Shown: positions 37,949-48,042 of the stretch, one piece after another | Layout: every line of letters starts with the position of its first letter | How positions within the stretch are numbered: position 1 is the stretch's first letter | DNA from: Candidatus Latescibacterota bacterium | GTDB taxonomy: Bacteria > Latescibacterota > UBA2968 > UBA8231 | NCBI GenBank assembly: GCA_965215195.1 | Contig: CBDCDC010000002.1 | Location: 576,001-640,000 of the forward strand | Length of the DNA stretch: 64,000 nucleotides | Direction: 5' to 3' | The notes under the pieces: model-generated | Seen by the model: the letters and a program-made list of their open reading frames with translations, nothing else | Database searches by the model: none | Told to the model about the DNA's origin: nothing | Position numbers and translations under genes: made by a program

Positions 37949-39313
37949 TCAGTGGCGGGCAGTGGCCAGCGTCCGCTGCTCTACGGCCTCGAGGACGGCC
38001 CGATGCACGGCTTCGTATTCGGCCTCAATCTCAATGGGCACATTGCGATGCCGCGGCTCGACGTGGAATTCCCGCAATTGGTCTTCGTGGTACTTCACCT
38101 TGAAATCTGGAAACTTCAGTCCGTGCGCCGTGGATATTACGATCACCCGGCTCTTAGGCCCGACGTGCCCGGCTGCGATCATTTTGTTTAGTGCTGCCAA
38201 GGCGACGCCTGTGTGTGGACAAGTGAACAGCCCATTGCGGTCGGCCCTTGCACAGGCGTTGGCCAATTCGTCTTCCGTGGCCTCTTCGACAATGCCGTCG
38301 AAGTGCTGCAAGGTGCGAATGGCCCGCTCCCTGCTTACGGGGTTGCCGATCTTTATGGCACTGGCCAAGGTGTCGCGGGCCGTTTGCGGCTCAAAGGTGC
38401 GGAACCCGTCGAGATAACTGAGATAGAGCGGATTGGCTTGGGCTGCTTGGGCGACGGCAATGCGCGGCAGCTTGTCTATAAGCCCCATTTGCCTGCCCTC
38501 GATAAACCCCTTCCCCAAGGCACTGACATTGCCCAGATTGCCGCCCGGGATAATGACCCAGTCGGGCACCTCCCAGTGAAATTGCTGTAACAGCTCAATC
38601 GCGATGGTCTTCTGCCCTTCAATGCGGAGCGAATTCATGGAGTTGGCCAGATAGATGTGGTCGCGGCGACAAATTTCCTGCACCAAGGTCATGCACCCGT
38701 CGAAATCGGTGCGCAGGGCGAGCGTCAGCGCACCATTGGCTATGGGCTGGATGAGCTGGGCGGTGGAGATCATGTCTTTGGGCAACAACACGATCGCCGG
38801 AATGCCAGCGGCGGCGCAATACGCGGCCAATGCGGCCGAGGTGTCCCCGGTTGAGGCGCAGGCTACCGCGGGTATAAACTGGCCCTCGGCAATCATCTGG
38901 TTGACCATGGAAACCAATACGGTCATGCCCAAATCCTTAAACGAACCCGTGTGGCTATTGCCGCACTGCTTGATCCACAGATCCTCCATGCCCAGCTCGG
39001 CACCCAAGCGCTCGGCCCAGAGCAGATTGCTCCCCCCCTCGTACATGGAGACCACGTTCTCGTCTTCGACGAGGGGGCAAACCATCTCTTTCTTGCCCCA
39101 AACCGAACTCCCATACGGATGCACCGAACTCATGTAGCGCTGATCAAACAGCGTCCGCCACTCGCCGCCCGAGCGCCGCTGCAAGGGTTCCATATCGTGG
39201 TGTACTTCGAGCAGCCCCCCGCACTTTTGACAGTGATAGACTACTTCGTTTAGCGGATAGCGCTCGTCGTCGCAATTGAGACACTGGAACCAGACATTAT
39301 AGGAATAGGGCAT
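37949..39313 (-). CDS. thrC: Threonine synthase (plant-type)
   Basis: [50 protein letters not shown]. Confidence 0.95.
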   Translation of the reverse strand: MPYSYNVWFQCLNCDDERYPLNEVVYHCQKCGGLLEVHHDMEPLQRRSGGEWRTLFDQRYMSSVHPYGSSVWGKKEMVCPLVEDENVVSMYEGGSNLLWAERLGAELGMEDLWIKQCGNSHTGSFKDLGMTVLVSMVNQMIAEGQFIPAVACASTGDTSAALAAYCAAAGIPAIVLLPKDMISTAQLIQPIANGALTLALRTDFDGCMTLVQEICRRDHIYLANSMNSLRIEGQKTIAIELLQQFHWEVPDWVIIPGGNLGNVSALGKGFIEGRQMGLIDKLPRIAVAQAAQANPLYLSYLDGFRTFEPQTARDTLASAIKIGNPVSRERAIRTLQHFDGIVEEATEDELANACARADRNGLFTCPHTGVALAALNKMIAAGHVGPKSRVIVISTAHGLKFPDFKVKYHEDQLREFHVEPRHRNVPIEIEAEYEAVHRAVLEAVEQRTLATARH

Positions 39314-39533
39314 GCCAACTCGCTCTGTTGGGGTGGATCAGGGCTTGTTCAGCCAAAAAGGGCATCTATTTCGTCTTCTTCATCGCTTGCCGGTAGAAAA
39401 AAAGTATTGCTAACGTGGAACCCCTCTCTTCTTGGGGCGTTTAATCTATGTGAGCTATTCCGGTCATGGTTCGCATCCCTCCCTAGCGGCCAGGTGCATC
39501 CACGGGTGCCCTGGCCGCGCCGTATTTTATCTT

Positions 39534-40541
39534 TCAGTTCAATCGCTGGACTACGATGTACCCCATGGGCAATTCCACGACTGGACTCACTTCTCCAACT
39601 TTCAGTTGCACTACGACTTCTTCAATTTCGGGCATGAGTTCACCCGGCCCAAAAAACCCCAAATCCCCGCCTTGGTTGGCGTTGGGCGCAATGGAAAGCT
39701 GCTGCGCTAGCTGGGAAAAATCGGCTCCTTGGGCCACTTTTTCGAGGACTTCGCGTGCGGACGCTTCCGTTTCGACCAATATGTAGCGCGCCCGCATCTG
39801 ACCGGCCAGAGTCGCCTGTATCTCTTCGATTTTGGCCAAGATCGCCTGGGCTAGGTAGGGATCCTGCGCCCGCTCTTTAGCCAATTTGTAGTAGTCAAGT
39901 GCTTCGGGATAGCGCTTGGCTCCAGCGAGCAGGAACGCGATGTTATTGTAGGCTTCGACATTCTCCGGCGACAACTCCGCCAGCTTTTGATAGCATTCAA
40001 TGGCTCGATCTACCGAGTCCTTTTGCGCGTAGTAATATCCATATAGGCGATGGGCTTCCGAGTTTTTATCGTCCAGTGCCAAGGCCCGGTCGAGGCGCTC
40101 GCGCGCCCTTTCGCTCTGCCCGGCCTGCATGTAGAGATAACCGAGGGTGCTGTGGACTTGGGTTGAGGACGGGGCCAGAATACTCGCTTGTTCGACGTAA
40201 AAAATGGACGAGTCTAGCTGGCCCATGGCCAAAAAGGCCTCCCCCAACGCCGAGTATACCGGTAGCTGCCTAGGATCTTCGGCGAGCGATTTTTGCAGCG
40301 ACTCAGCCGCCTGACTATAGCCGCCGGTCTGCATGTAAAGGCTGGCCAAGCGGTTGAGAAACATCGCGCTGCCAGCACCCAGTTCGCACGCCTTTTCGTA
40401 TTCGGCTAACGCCTGCTTAGGCTGCCCTTGCGCCAGCAGGGAGTCTCCGCGCTGGACCGCCTCGACGATGGCTTGGCCGCTCGCCGGAGTTGCTACCCCT
40501 ATTACCCCTATTACAGCGGCGATCAGTCCTATAAGCCTCAT
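39534..40541 (-). CDS. Secreted TPR protein with C-terminal parvulin (PpiC) domain
   Basis: Signal peptide, TPRs, FSQLAQQLS...GGDLGFF...GEVSPVVE. Confidence 0.88.
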   Translation of the reverse strand: MRLIGLIAAVIGVIGVATPASGQAIVEAVQRGDSLLAQGQPKQALAEYEKACELGAGSAMFLNRLASLYMQTGGYSQAAESLQKSLAEDPRQLPVYSALGEAFLAMGQLDSSIFYVEQASILAPSSTQVHSTLGYLYMQAGQSERARERLDRALALDDKNSEAHRLYGYYYAQKDSVDRAIECYQKLAELSPENVEAYNNIAFLLAGAKRYPEALDYYKLAKERAQDPYLAQAILAKIEEIQATLAGQMRARYILVETEASAREVLEKVAQGADFSQLAQQLSIAPNANQGGDLGFFGPGELMPEIEEVVVQLKVGEVSPVVELPMGYIVVQRLN

Positions 40542-40564
40542 ACTCCCTCACATCGCGTACTGAG

Positions 40565-41287
40565 CTAGCGCAGTTGGCGCATGACCTCGGCAGTAATCCG
40601 CTCGACTAGATCGCTTTCTCCGGCCAGCTCACAGGACGGCCGATCCCCAATCCCAAAGCGCCCCCTCAGGTTCGTAAGGTCTTCCACATCTTTACCCTCA
40701 AGTGTGCGTATCCCGCCGAGTTGGTGCGCCACCAAGGCGATTTGAGCAAAGTGTTCGACAGTCTCCATCTTGAAATGGGCGTCCATGACGTGTTGGCCCA
40801 CGGTTACCACCCCGTGATTGGCCATTAGAACGGCGTCGTATTGCCGCAAAAGCGGCTTCATCGGCTCGACGATATCGGGACCGCCAGGCGTACCGTAATC
40901 TGCCAGTGGAATGCCCCCGAGGCTGACGATGACCTCGGGCAATACGCACTGAGTCAGCTCAATGCCAGCGACGGCAAAACCGGTCGCGGTCGGCGGATGC
41001 GCATGGACGACAGCGCGGACATCGGGCCGCAGCTTGTAGATTTCGAGGTGCATGCGGATTTCCGACGATATTTTCAGCGCACCCGCTACTTGCCGGCCCT
41101 CCATATCGCAGGTGGCCAGCATGTCTGCGCTCAGATAGCCCTTGCTCACCCCGGTCGGCGTACACAGCACTAGGTCGTCCTCTATGCGGACGCTGATATT
41201 GCCGTCGTTGGCCGCTACGTACCCTCGCTGATAGACCCGGTGTCCTACTTCGCACATTTCTTTTTTGATCGCATACGCCGAACTCAT
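40565..41287 (-). CDS. Class II aldolase (fuculose-phosphate aldolase-like)
   Basis: AANDGNISVR, TPTGVSKG, SSEIRMH, VVHAHPP, MANHG. Confidence 0.92.
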   Translation of the reverse strand: MSSAYAIKKEMCEVGHRVYQRGYVAANDGNISVRIEDDLVLCTPTGVSKGYLSADMLATCDMEGRQVAGALKISSEIRMHLEIYKLRPDVRAVVHAHPPTATGFAVAGIELTQCVLPEVIVSLGGIPLADYGTPGGPDIVEPMKPLLRQYDAVLMANHGVVTVGQHVMDAHFKMETVEHFAQIALVAHQLGGIRTLEGKDVEDLTNLRGRFGIGDRPSCELAGESDLVERITAEVMRQLR

Positions 41288-42114
41288 AAGGCGACCTTTC
41301 GCACCGTCCGCAGGCGGCGGCTGCCAATCCACAGCCAGCCCAAGCCAGCCGGCAAGCACACATTGAAGGCAAAAAGCAAGATGCTGGCCACAAAAGCGGG
41401 TTGCGGCTCTAAGTCGAGGCTGCTAAACACCAAGATGGCCGCCGCTTCGCGGACCCCTAGATCCAAAAACCCCAAAGGCAACAGGGTTTTCAGGGCAAAT
41501 ACCACCGGCACCGCCAACGCAACCGCTGCGTTGGTGCCCGCGCTGGCGGAGACTAAATAGAAAAATTGCGCCATGAATACCGCGTTAAACAAGACGGACA
41601 ACCCGGCGATGGCCCCCCAAGCAACCGGCCCGCTCGCTTTCCGACGGCACCAACCCCAATACAGCAGTGCGCCGAGGACGCAGAATAGCAACAGCAAAAA
41701 GCCCCTGAGATGGGGCCATAAAATCCACGCGGCCGCGGCCCCCAACCCCAACGTGACCGCGGCCGAACTCAACTTGTCCACGGCCGTCAGCAACGCGGCC
41801 TTGGCCCGACTCCGCCCCAAGAAAACGCCGCGCCCCAGTTCACCTAAGCGGCTGGGCGTCACCAGACCGAGGGCTGCGCCGCCCAGCAGTGAATAAAGCG
41901 CATCCCGCCCATTGACCTCGGGAATCTGGTTGCGCAACAACAACTGCCACTTCATCCACTGCACGCCGATACCCACTAGGGCAATCGCCCCGCAGATGAG
42001 CAGCTTGTCCCTACCGACCTGCCCGGCGGCCGCAAGCAGCGCAGCCGGTTCGAGATACCATACAGCACAGCCGAGCAGGGCCGTTGCCAAGATGATTTTT
42101 GTCCAAATTACCAT
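41284..42114 (-). CDS. Lysylphosphatidylglycerol synthase TM / flippase-like protein
   Basis: TPSRLGELGR, LGVRE, multiple TM helices. Confidence 0.8.
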   Translation of the reverse strand: MVIWTKIILATALLGCAVWYLEPAALLAAAGQVGRDKLLICGAIALVGIGVQWMKWQLLLRNQIPEVNGRDALYSLLGGAALGLVTPSRLGELGRGVFLGRSRAKAALLTAVDKLSSAAVTLGLGAAAAWILWPHLRGFLLLLFCVLGALLYWGWCRRKASGPVAWGAIAGLSVLFNAVFMAQFFYLVSASAGTNAAVALAVPVVFALKTLLPLGFLDLGVREAAAILVFSSLDLEPQPAFVASILLFAFNVCLPAGLGWLWIGSRRLRTVRKVAL

Positions 42115-42398
42115 GCAGTCGCCGGAGGGCGGATTGGTCTGTTTCGCTCTTTTCTAGACGGCACAAGATAGGCGACCTAACATCTTCCGTCAAGCTACTC
42201 TATTCCTTGTTTTTATACTGCTTTATATGCCTGACGACCCTCGCATTTGGCCGTCTTTTTACTGCGATTATCACCTTCTATAAAGGAATTCCCCAACCTC
42301 ACCGCCAGCGCGTTTTACACATACAAAAAAGCGTTCCCCAAGCCGGTCTGGGCAACGCCTCTGTGCTGAGCCTAGTGCTCCGCGCTGTCTTCTGAGCC

Positions 42399-43490
42399 TC
42401 AATCCTTAAAAAGGAAGGTGATGACGTCCCCATCGGCTACGGCGTAATCCCGGCCTTCGCTTCGCAATTGCCCAGCCGCTTTCAGCGGTACCCACCCACC
42501 CATGGCGATCAGCTGGTCGCAGGAGGCTAGTTCGGCGCGGATAAACCCCTTTTCCATGTCCGTGTGGATCCGCCCGGCCGCTCGCGGTGCCTTTTCCCCG
42601 CATGGCAACTGCCAAGCCTGTAGCTTGCCGTTGGCGAGCGTGTAGAAGGTAATCAGATCCAGCAGCTTGTATCCGGCTTGGACTAAGCGCTCTATCCCCC
42701 CATGCTCCAGCCCCAATTCCCTGATGAACTCCGCACTCTCCGCTTGGCTCAGACCGGCCATCTCCGCTTCGAGCTGTGCTGAGACGACCAGCACTTGGTC
42801 CGCTCCATAGCGCTCGACCAGTCGATCCACCCATGGCCCCGGTGCGCCGGCCTCCGCTTCCCCGACATTGGCCGCATAAAGCACCGGCCTTGTCGTCAGC
42901 AAGCGATGCGGAGTAAGCGCGTCCTTTTCTTCTTTAGTCAATCCCACCGCCGCCGCGCCCGTTCCGCGCTGCAATCCCTCTAAAACCTTGGCGCAGGCCG
43001 CCAATTCGCGTACGTGTGCGCTCCGCGGCTCAGAGCGGACCACTTTATCTAGATAGGGCACGGCCTTTTCCATGACCGCCAAATCGGCCAGCAGCAACTC
43101 CGTTTCAATGGTTTCAATATCGCGCAAGGGGGCAATCGCCCCATCTACATGGCTTATCCGCGCGTCGTCAAAACAGCGCACCACGTGGACTAGGGCATCG
43201 GCATCTCTGACGTGGGCGAGGAATTGATTGCCCAACCCGGCCCCTTGGTTCGCGCCTCGCACCAGCCCGGCAATATCGACAAAGCGGATGCTCGTAGGCG
43301 TTGTGGATTGCGGCTGAATAACCTCGCGCAGCCGCTCCAATCGCGGGTCCGGAACCTCAACGGTCCCCACATTGGGGGCCACCGTGCAAAAAGGGTAATT
43401 AGATACCTCAACCCCATCCCCCGTTAGCGCGTTGAAGAGCGTTGATTTGCCTACATTGGGCAAGCCGATTATGCCGATGGAGAGAGCCAT
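42399..43490 (-). CDS. ychF: Ribosome-binding ATPase YchF
   Basis: [40 protein letters not shown]. Confidence 0.96.
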   Translation of the reverse strand: MALSIGIIGLPNVGKSTLFNALTGDGVEVSNYPFCTVAPNVGTVEVPDPRLERLREVIQPQSTTPTSIRFVDIAGLVRGANQGAGLGNQFLAHVRDADALVHVVRCFDDARISHVDGAIAPLRDIETIETELLLADLAVMEKAVPYLDKVVRSEPRSAHVRELAACAKVLEGLQRGTGAAAVGLTKEEKDALTPHRLLTTRPVLYAANVGEAEAGAPGPWVDRLVERYGADQVLVVSAQLEAEMAGLSQAESAEFIRELGLEHGGIERLVQAGYKLLDLITFYTLANGKLQAWQLPCGEKAPRAAGRIHTDMEKGFIRAELASCDQLIAMGGWVPLKAAGQLRSEGRDYAVADGDVITFLFKD

Positions 43491-43502
43491 ACCTCGTATC
43501 GC

Positions 43503-43545
43503 AAATAAATTAAGTCCCTGTGAGCCAAACGCTCACAGGGACTTA
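43503..43545 (-). terminator. Terminator of the hup-tRNA operon
   Basis: Perfect 15-bp stem TAAGTCCCTGTGAGC/GCTCACAGGGACTTA, then a U-rich tail on the minus strand. Confidence 0.8.
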
Positions 43546-43550
43546 GTTCG

Positions 43551-43628
43551 TGGTCGGGGTGGCCGGATTTGAACCGGCGACCCCCTGCTCCCGAAGCAGG
43601 TGCGCTAGCCGGGCTGCGCTACACCCCG
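43551..43628 (-). tRNA. tRNA-Pro(CGG)
   Basis: CGGGGTG acceptor stem, CCTGC-TTCGGGA-GCAGG, CCA. Confidence 0.96.
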
Positions 43629-43736
43629 ACGTGGACAAGTAAAAGCTGTGATTTCTATAACTAACTGACGTTATATTGAGGCGAAATTGAGGATTTTCTG
43701 GAAAACTGCGTAACGTCAGCAACTAAACTATAAAAA

Positions 43737-43814
43737 TGGTCGGGGTGACTGGATTTGAACCAGCGACCTCTTCCACCCCAAGGAAGCGCGCTAGCCGGGC
43801 TGCGCCACACCCCG
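43737..43814 (-). tRNA. tRNA-Pro(GGG)
   Basis: CGGGGTG acceptor stem, CTTCC-TTGGGGT-GGAAG, CCA. Confidence 0.96.
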
Positions 43815-43845
43815 ACTTAATTATCCGACCATTCTGGCAACGAAA

Positions 43846-43922
43846 TGGTGAGCTAACCAGGACTCGAACCTGGGACCTCCGGTTCCGGAGACCGGCGCTC
43901 TATCCAGCTGAGCTATTAGCCC
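43846..43922 (-). tRNA. tRNA-Arg(CCG)
   Basis: GGGCTAA acceptor stem, CCGGT-CTCCGGA-ACCGG, CCA. Confidence 0.96.
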
Positions 43923-43928
43923 CTTAGC

Positions 43929-44024
43929 CTAGATATTCTTCTTCTTGTGTCGATTTTTGCGCAGTCTCTTCTTGCGCTTGTGCGTAGCGATCTTATGCCG
44001 CTTTCTCTTCCTGCCACAGGGCAT
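43929..44024 (-). CDS. Small ribosomal protein bS22 / AURKAIP1-COX24 family (31 aa, not in the ORF track)
   Basis: MPCGRKRKRHKIATHKRKKRLRKNRHKKKNI with upstream AGGAG. Confidence 0.88.
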   Translation of the reverse strand: MPCGRKRKRHKIATHKRKKRLRKNRHKKKNI

Positions 44025-44334
44025 CTTTTTTGTCTCCTGGACCTTTGTCCTCTGCGTTTTCCCCATTGACGCGCGCCCGTAATTCCTTTGAAGGCTTAAA
44101 CGTCGGGGCCTTGCGACCGGCGATTTTCACTTCGGCACCCGTGCGTGGATTGCGACCTGTGCGCGGTGCCCGCTCTACTACTCTGAAGGTGCCAAAACCG
44201 CGAATTTCAATATGATCTTCCCGTTCCAAAGCCTCGGCGATGGATTCAATAAAGCCATTGACAACAGCCGCAGTATCCGTCTTGGTAAGCCCTGTCCCCT
44301 CGGCGATTAGACGCACGATATCAGCTTTTGTCAA
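43993..44334 (-). CDS. hup: HU/IHF family DNA-binding protein
   Basis: MTKADIV, IEIRGFGTF, GRNPRTG, PTFKPSKEL. Confidence 0.93.
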   Translation of the reverse strand: MTKADIVRLIAEGTGLTKTDTAAVVNGFIESIAEALEREDHIEIRGFGTFRVVERAPRTGRNPRTGAEVKIAGRKAPTFKPSKELRARVNGENAEDKGPGDKKDALWQEEKAA

Positions 44335-44398
44335 GACCGCACTCTCTATTCGGGTGGGTTGAGATTGCGTTAACTATCACGCCAACAAATAGTTTTAA

Positions 44399-44427
44399 AG
44401 AATATGGCACGGCTCATGCTCTGTCAA
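44399..44427 (-). promoter_or_regulatory. Promoter of the hup-bS22-tRNA operon
   Basis: TTGACA-17-TATTCT. Confidence 0.7.
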
Positions 44428-44443
44428 GGCGCACAGCACCCTC

Positions 44444-45217
44444 TCAGCCCGAGCCGAGGTTTTTGCCAAGTACGAAAACCTCTTCGAGTACAGAGAAATC
44501 CACAGTTGATTTGAGGACGACCCGCAAAAAGACCGGGGCCCGCTTTTCCTGATTCACCTCCGCCACTGTGCCAATCGGTATGCCCTTGGGGTAGCGCCCG
44601 CCCAACCCCGACGACAGCACTAGATCGCCCTCCTGCACCAAGTTGCTCGCTTCGACGAATTGCAACCGGAACTGGCCATCGGTCCACGAGACAATGCCTT
44701 GGGCGCGCGTCGCTTGGATCAAAGCACTAACCCTCGCACGCATCAACAACTGCACGACCGAGTCCGATGCACCGACTTGGGCAATGTGCCCGACGAGCCC
44801 TTTGGGCGTCACCACGGCCATATTCTTATCTACGCCGAGGTCGCGGCCAGCGTTGATGACGATCGTGTCGTAAATGTGGTCGGGGTCGCGGCCGATCACC
44901 TCGGCAGAAATAATGCGCGTACCCCCGTCTAGAGGCCGAAAGGACAGGGCCTTGCGCAGGCGCACATTTTCCCATCCAGCTTCCTGTAGCCGCATGTTGT
45001 CGAGGGCTAGGGCTACGTTTTGGGTCAGGAGAAAACGGCTCTTTTCCTCGTTGCGGGCAGAGCGGATAACTTGCGAAAACAGCGCTTGACCTGATGCCAA
45101 TAAACCGACTTGGCACCGCTCGGCGATGTAGGTCTTATAGGGGCGAGGTAAGCCTATCAAAATCAAGGCGCAGACAACGGCCAACCCAATGACGACGAGC
45201 TCCCGGGTATTGGTCAT
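44444..45217 (-). CDS. mreC: Rod shape-determining protein MreC
   Basis: ENVRLRKAL, AEVIGRDP, GLVG, SSGLGGRYPKGIPIG; follows mreB. Confidence 0.92.
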   Translation of the reverse strand: MTNTRELVVIGLAVVCALILIGLPRPYKTYIAERCQVGLLASGQALFSQVIRSARNEEKSRFLLTQNVALALDNMRLQEAGWENVRLRKALSFRPLDGGTRIISAEVIGRDPDHIYDTIVINAGRDLGVDKNMAVVTPKGLVGHIAQVGASDSVVQLLMRARVSALIQATRAQGIVSWTDGQFRLQFVEASNLVQEGDLVLSSGLGGRYPKGIPIGTVAEVNQEKRAPVFLRVVLKSTVDFSVLEEVFVLGKNLGSG

Positions 45218-45223
45218 AGTCGA

Positions 45224-46243
45224 TCAGAGCAAAACTTGGCGGTAGTTATCAAATTCTTCGAGAATGCGGGCATTGCCCCGCACCACAGCCGAAAGCGGGT
45301 CTTCACTATCGACATAAGTAGGCAAATTCGTCGCCGCAAGCAGGTGTTCCTTCAATCCCCGCAGCATGCTCCCACCGCCGCAGAGCACCATGCCCCTATC
45401 GAGGATATCCGCCGCCAATTCGGGCGGCATCCTCTCCAACACTCTGCGCACACTGGAGACGATTTGGGCTACGGAACCGGATAGGGCTTCTCGTATCTCA
45501 CCTGAGTTGACTTGCAAGACTTTGGGTAGTCCGGCCACGCTATCGCGACCGCGCACCGCGATACTCTCTTCTGTATCCAACTCCATCGCCGACCCGATTT
45601 TCCACTTGATGGCCTCGGCACCTTGGATGCCAATGAGCAGGTTGTGCTTTCTGCGCATCCACTCGGTAATTGACTGATCCATGGCCTCCCCAGCCACCCG
45701 CAACGACTCGTGTTCGACGAGACCTGAAAGGGCGATTACGGCGACCTCCGTCGTCCCGCCGCCGATGTCGATGACCATTGAGCCGACGGCTTGATCGACC
45801 GGCAATCCCATGCCGATGGCCGCGGCCATTGGCTCGCTGACTAGGTGGACATCTCTGGCCCCCACGCGCTCGCAGGAGTTTCGCACTGCCCGCTTCTCTA
45901 CTTCCGTGCTGCCTGCCGGGACCGCTACCACGATCTTGGGCCGCATGAAAAGTTTGTTCTTTTTTACTTTGCGGATAAAGCTGCGGATCATCTCTTCGGT
46001 AACTTCAAAATCGGCGATGACGCCGTCCTTTAGGGGGCGAATTATTTGAATGCCGGCGTTTTCACGCCCCATCATCTCCTTAGCCTCTGCGCCGACGGCA
46101 ATGACTTTTTGGGTGGCAACTTGGCGGGCTACAACCGAAGGCTCGTTGAGGACGATTCCCTTGCCTTTGACAAACACCAAGGTGTTGGCAGTGCCCAAGT
46201 CTATGCCTATTTCATGCGAAAAGAAACGCGATAAAACGCTCAT
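45224..46243 (-). CDS. mreB: Rod shape-determining protein MreB
   Basis: GIDLGTANT, RPLKDGVIADF, EPMAAAIG, DIGGGTTE. Confidence 0.98.
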   Translation of the reverse strand: MSVLSRFFSHEIGIDLGTANTLVFVKGKGIVLNEPSVVARQVATQKVIAVGAEAKEMMGRENAGIQIIRPLKDGVIADFEVTEEMIRSFIRKVKKNKLFMRPKIVVAVPAGSTEVEKRAVRNSCERVGARDVHLVSEPMAAAIGMGLPVDQAVGSMVIDIGGGTTEVAVIALSGLVEHESLRVAGEAMDQSITEWMRRKHNLLIGIQGAEAIKWKIGSAMELDTEESIAVRGRDSVAGLPKVLQVNSGEIREALSGSVAQIVSSVRRVLERMPPELAADILDRGMVLCGGGSMLRGLKEHLLAATNLPTYVDSEDPLSAVVRGNARILEEFDNYRQVLL

Positions 46244-46439
46244 TCTGTATCTCCAGCCAAAAAGTTAAATCTCGACTCTGTAGCCTTGGTCTGAGCACCC
46301 CGGCATCGAGAGCATTCGCTATTGCCTATCTATAATAACTAAGGGGATTTGGATTTGCCAAATCACTCGCCCCCTTATATGTTCTAGCGCTAGCTAATTC
46401 TACACACTACGCAATTTTCAGGGAGGCAGCGCATTCGCT

Positions 46440-46925
46440 ATGAACAAGGCCGCACGGCATGTACTGCGGAGATTAGGGACCGACCATAGCTTGGACCAAG
46501 AGCGCCAACAGCGCTTGGCGCGTGAGGTCCAAGAAGAGCAGCAAAAACGCCGGGACCAAGGGGCTGACCAAGATACCAGCTTCGAGGCCATTCCCGAAGA
46601 AATGCTGACCGAGTCGGAAAAGCGCCACGAGAAATATCGCCGCCAACAGGCCATGGCCGGGCGATTCACCCCTGCTGCCGAGCGCCTGCCCATTATGACG
46701 GCTGAAGAGCGGGCCGCTCACAATAAGCACCGGCCTAAGTGGCAGCAGACTTCGTTTGAGGGGCCGATTGAAAAGCTAATTGAGAAATACCAAGACTTAG
46801 AGGAAGTACAACGCCACCTGACCTTGGGTCAATCCATGAAGTACGAGTTTACCAGCGACGGCCGCGTCCTCGACAAAGAGGGCAATGTGATCTTCGATGG
46901 AGAGAAGATCGTCGGCAAACTCTAA
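46440..46925 (+). CDS. Hypothetical charged protein
   Basis: 161-aa ORF with upstream GGGAGG and host-like codon use; no recognised motif. Confidence 0.7.
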   Translation: MNKAARHVLRRLGTDHSLDQERQQRLAREVQEEQQKRRDQGADQDTSFEAIPEEMLTESEKRHEKYRRQQAMAGRFTPAAERLPIMTAEERAAHNKHRPKWQQTSFEGPIEKLIEKYQDLEEVQRHLTLGQSMKYEFTSDGRVLDKEGNVIFDGEKIVGKL

Positions 46926-46959
46926 GTTAGCTGGCTTGCTCTCCTATTAAAATTCACAA

Positions 46960-48042
46960 GTGGCTGCTGGCCGCGTGCCTCGTCTATATCGAGTTCTCAT
47001 CGGGCTTGGCCTGTTGAGTGTCTGTGGCTGCAATCTCAATTACTATTGGCATCTGGCCCGAGGCCAAAGCCGCGTATTGTACAAGCGCATACCAGTCCAA
47101 GCCCTCCTCGCCCGCCCCGACTTGGCCGAGCGAACTCGGACGCAACTAGAGCTGATCCAAGCCATTCTTCGCTATGCCGAAAGCGTGGGGCTGAAAACAG
47201 ACGATCACTACACGACCTTCTACGATACGGGTGGCGGCCCGATCAGTTGGAATGTCAGCGCTTGTCCGCCCGACCGCTTTTCGCCCTATACTTGGGATTT
47301 TCCGCTCGTTGGCGAGGTCCCCTACAAAGGTTTCTTTCGACGCGATTTGGCCGACGAGCAGCGCGATGCTCTCGCCGCCGAAGGGTATGACGCCATTGTC
47401 CGCCCGGTCAGTGCCTACAGCACCTTGGGAATTTTCTCCGATCCAATTCTCAGCCCAATGCTCGGCTACGCGCCCGACCAGCTAGCCGATTTGATCCTCC
47501 ACGAGCTGACTCACGCCCTCGTCTATGCCCCGGGGCAGACCGATTACAACGAGAGCTTGGCGACCTTCGTCGGCCGCCAAGGATCCTTGCTCTTCTTGGC
47601 GCAGCACTTCGGGGCCGATACCCCGCTCTTGCAACAGGCCGAGACGCGCCGAGCGGACGCGGCCCTCTTTCGGCACTTCATGGCCGAGACCGTCGCTGCG
47701 CTCGACAGCCTCTACTCGCTGGGATTGCCCCGCAGCGTTGTTTTGCGCGCTAGGCAGGTCGTTTTTGCCCAGCACCAGCGCGATTTTGCCCTCATTAGAA
47801 CAGAGTTTACCCACAACCAGTACGATGGATTCCTCCAGTGGGAACTAAACAATGCGCGGCTCCTATCTTATCGGCGCTACAACACCAATCTATCACTTTT
47901 TTTTGCTATTTATCGCACCTGCGGCGAGGACTTGGCCAGTGCCTTGGGGATTTTTGCAACCTGCGCCGAAGAAGGCGACCCTTGGCAGTGCCTGCGCGTC
48001 ACCATAGGGGCTGAGGAAGGCCGATCTCTTGGGTCCGAATGA
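46960..48042 (+). CDS. Predicted zinc aminopeptidase lipoprotein (DUF2265-like)
   Basis: Lipobox VCGC, PYKGFF, AYSTLG.FSDP, ILHELTH...NESLA. Confidence 0.85.
   Translation: MAAGRVPRLYRVLIGLGLLSVCGCNLNYYWHLARGQSRVLYKRIPVQALLARPDLAERTRTQLELIQAILRYAESVGLKTDDHYTTFYDTGGGPISWNVSACPPDRFSPYTWDFPLVGEVPYKGFFRRDLADEQRDALAAEGYDAIVRPVSAYSTLGIFSDPILSPMLGYAPDQLADLILHELTHALVYAPGQTDYNESLATFVGRQGSLLFLAQHFGADTPLLQQAETRRADAALFRHFMAETVAALDSLYSLGLPRSVVLRARQVVFAQHQRDFALIRTEFTHNQYDGFLQWELNNARLLSYRRYNTNLSLFFAIYRTCGEDLASALGIFATCAEEGDPWQCLRVTIGAEEGRSLGSE

Noticed and set aside
39314-39533. SAM riboswitch or T-box upstream of thrC
   Set aside because: No recognisable consensus; only one GC hairpin (about 39486-39518) of unclear function.
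43665-43720. CTGACGTTA/TAACGTCAG inverted repeat between the tRNA-Pro genes
   Set aside because: Short (9 bp); probably precursor RNA structure or chance.
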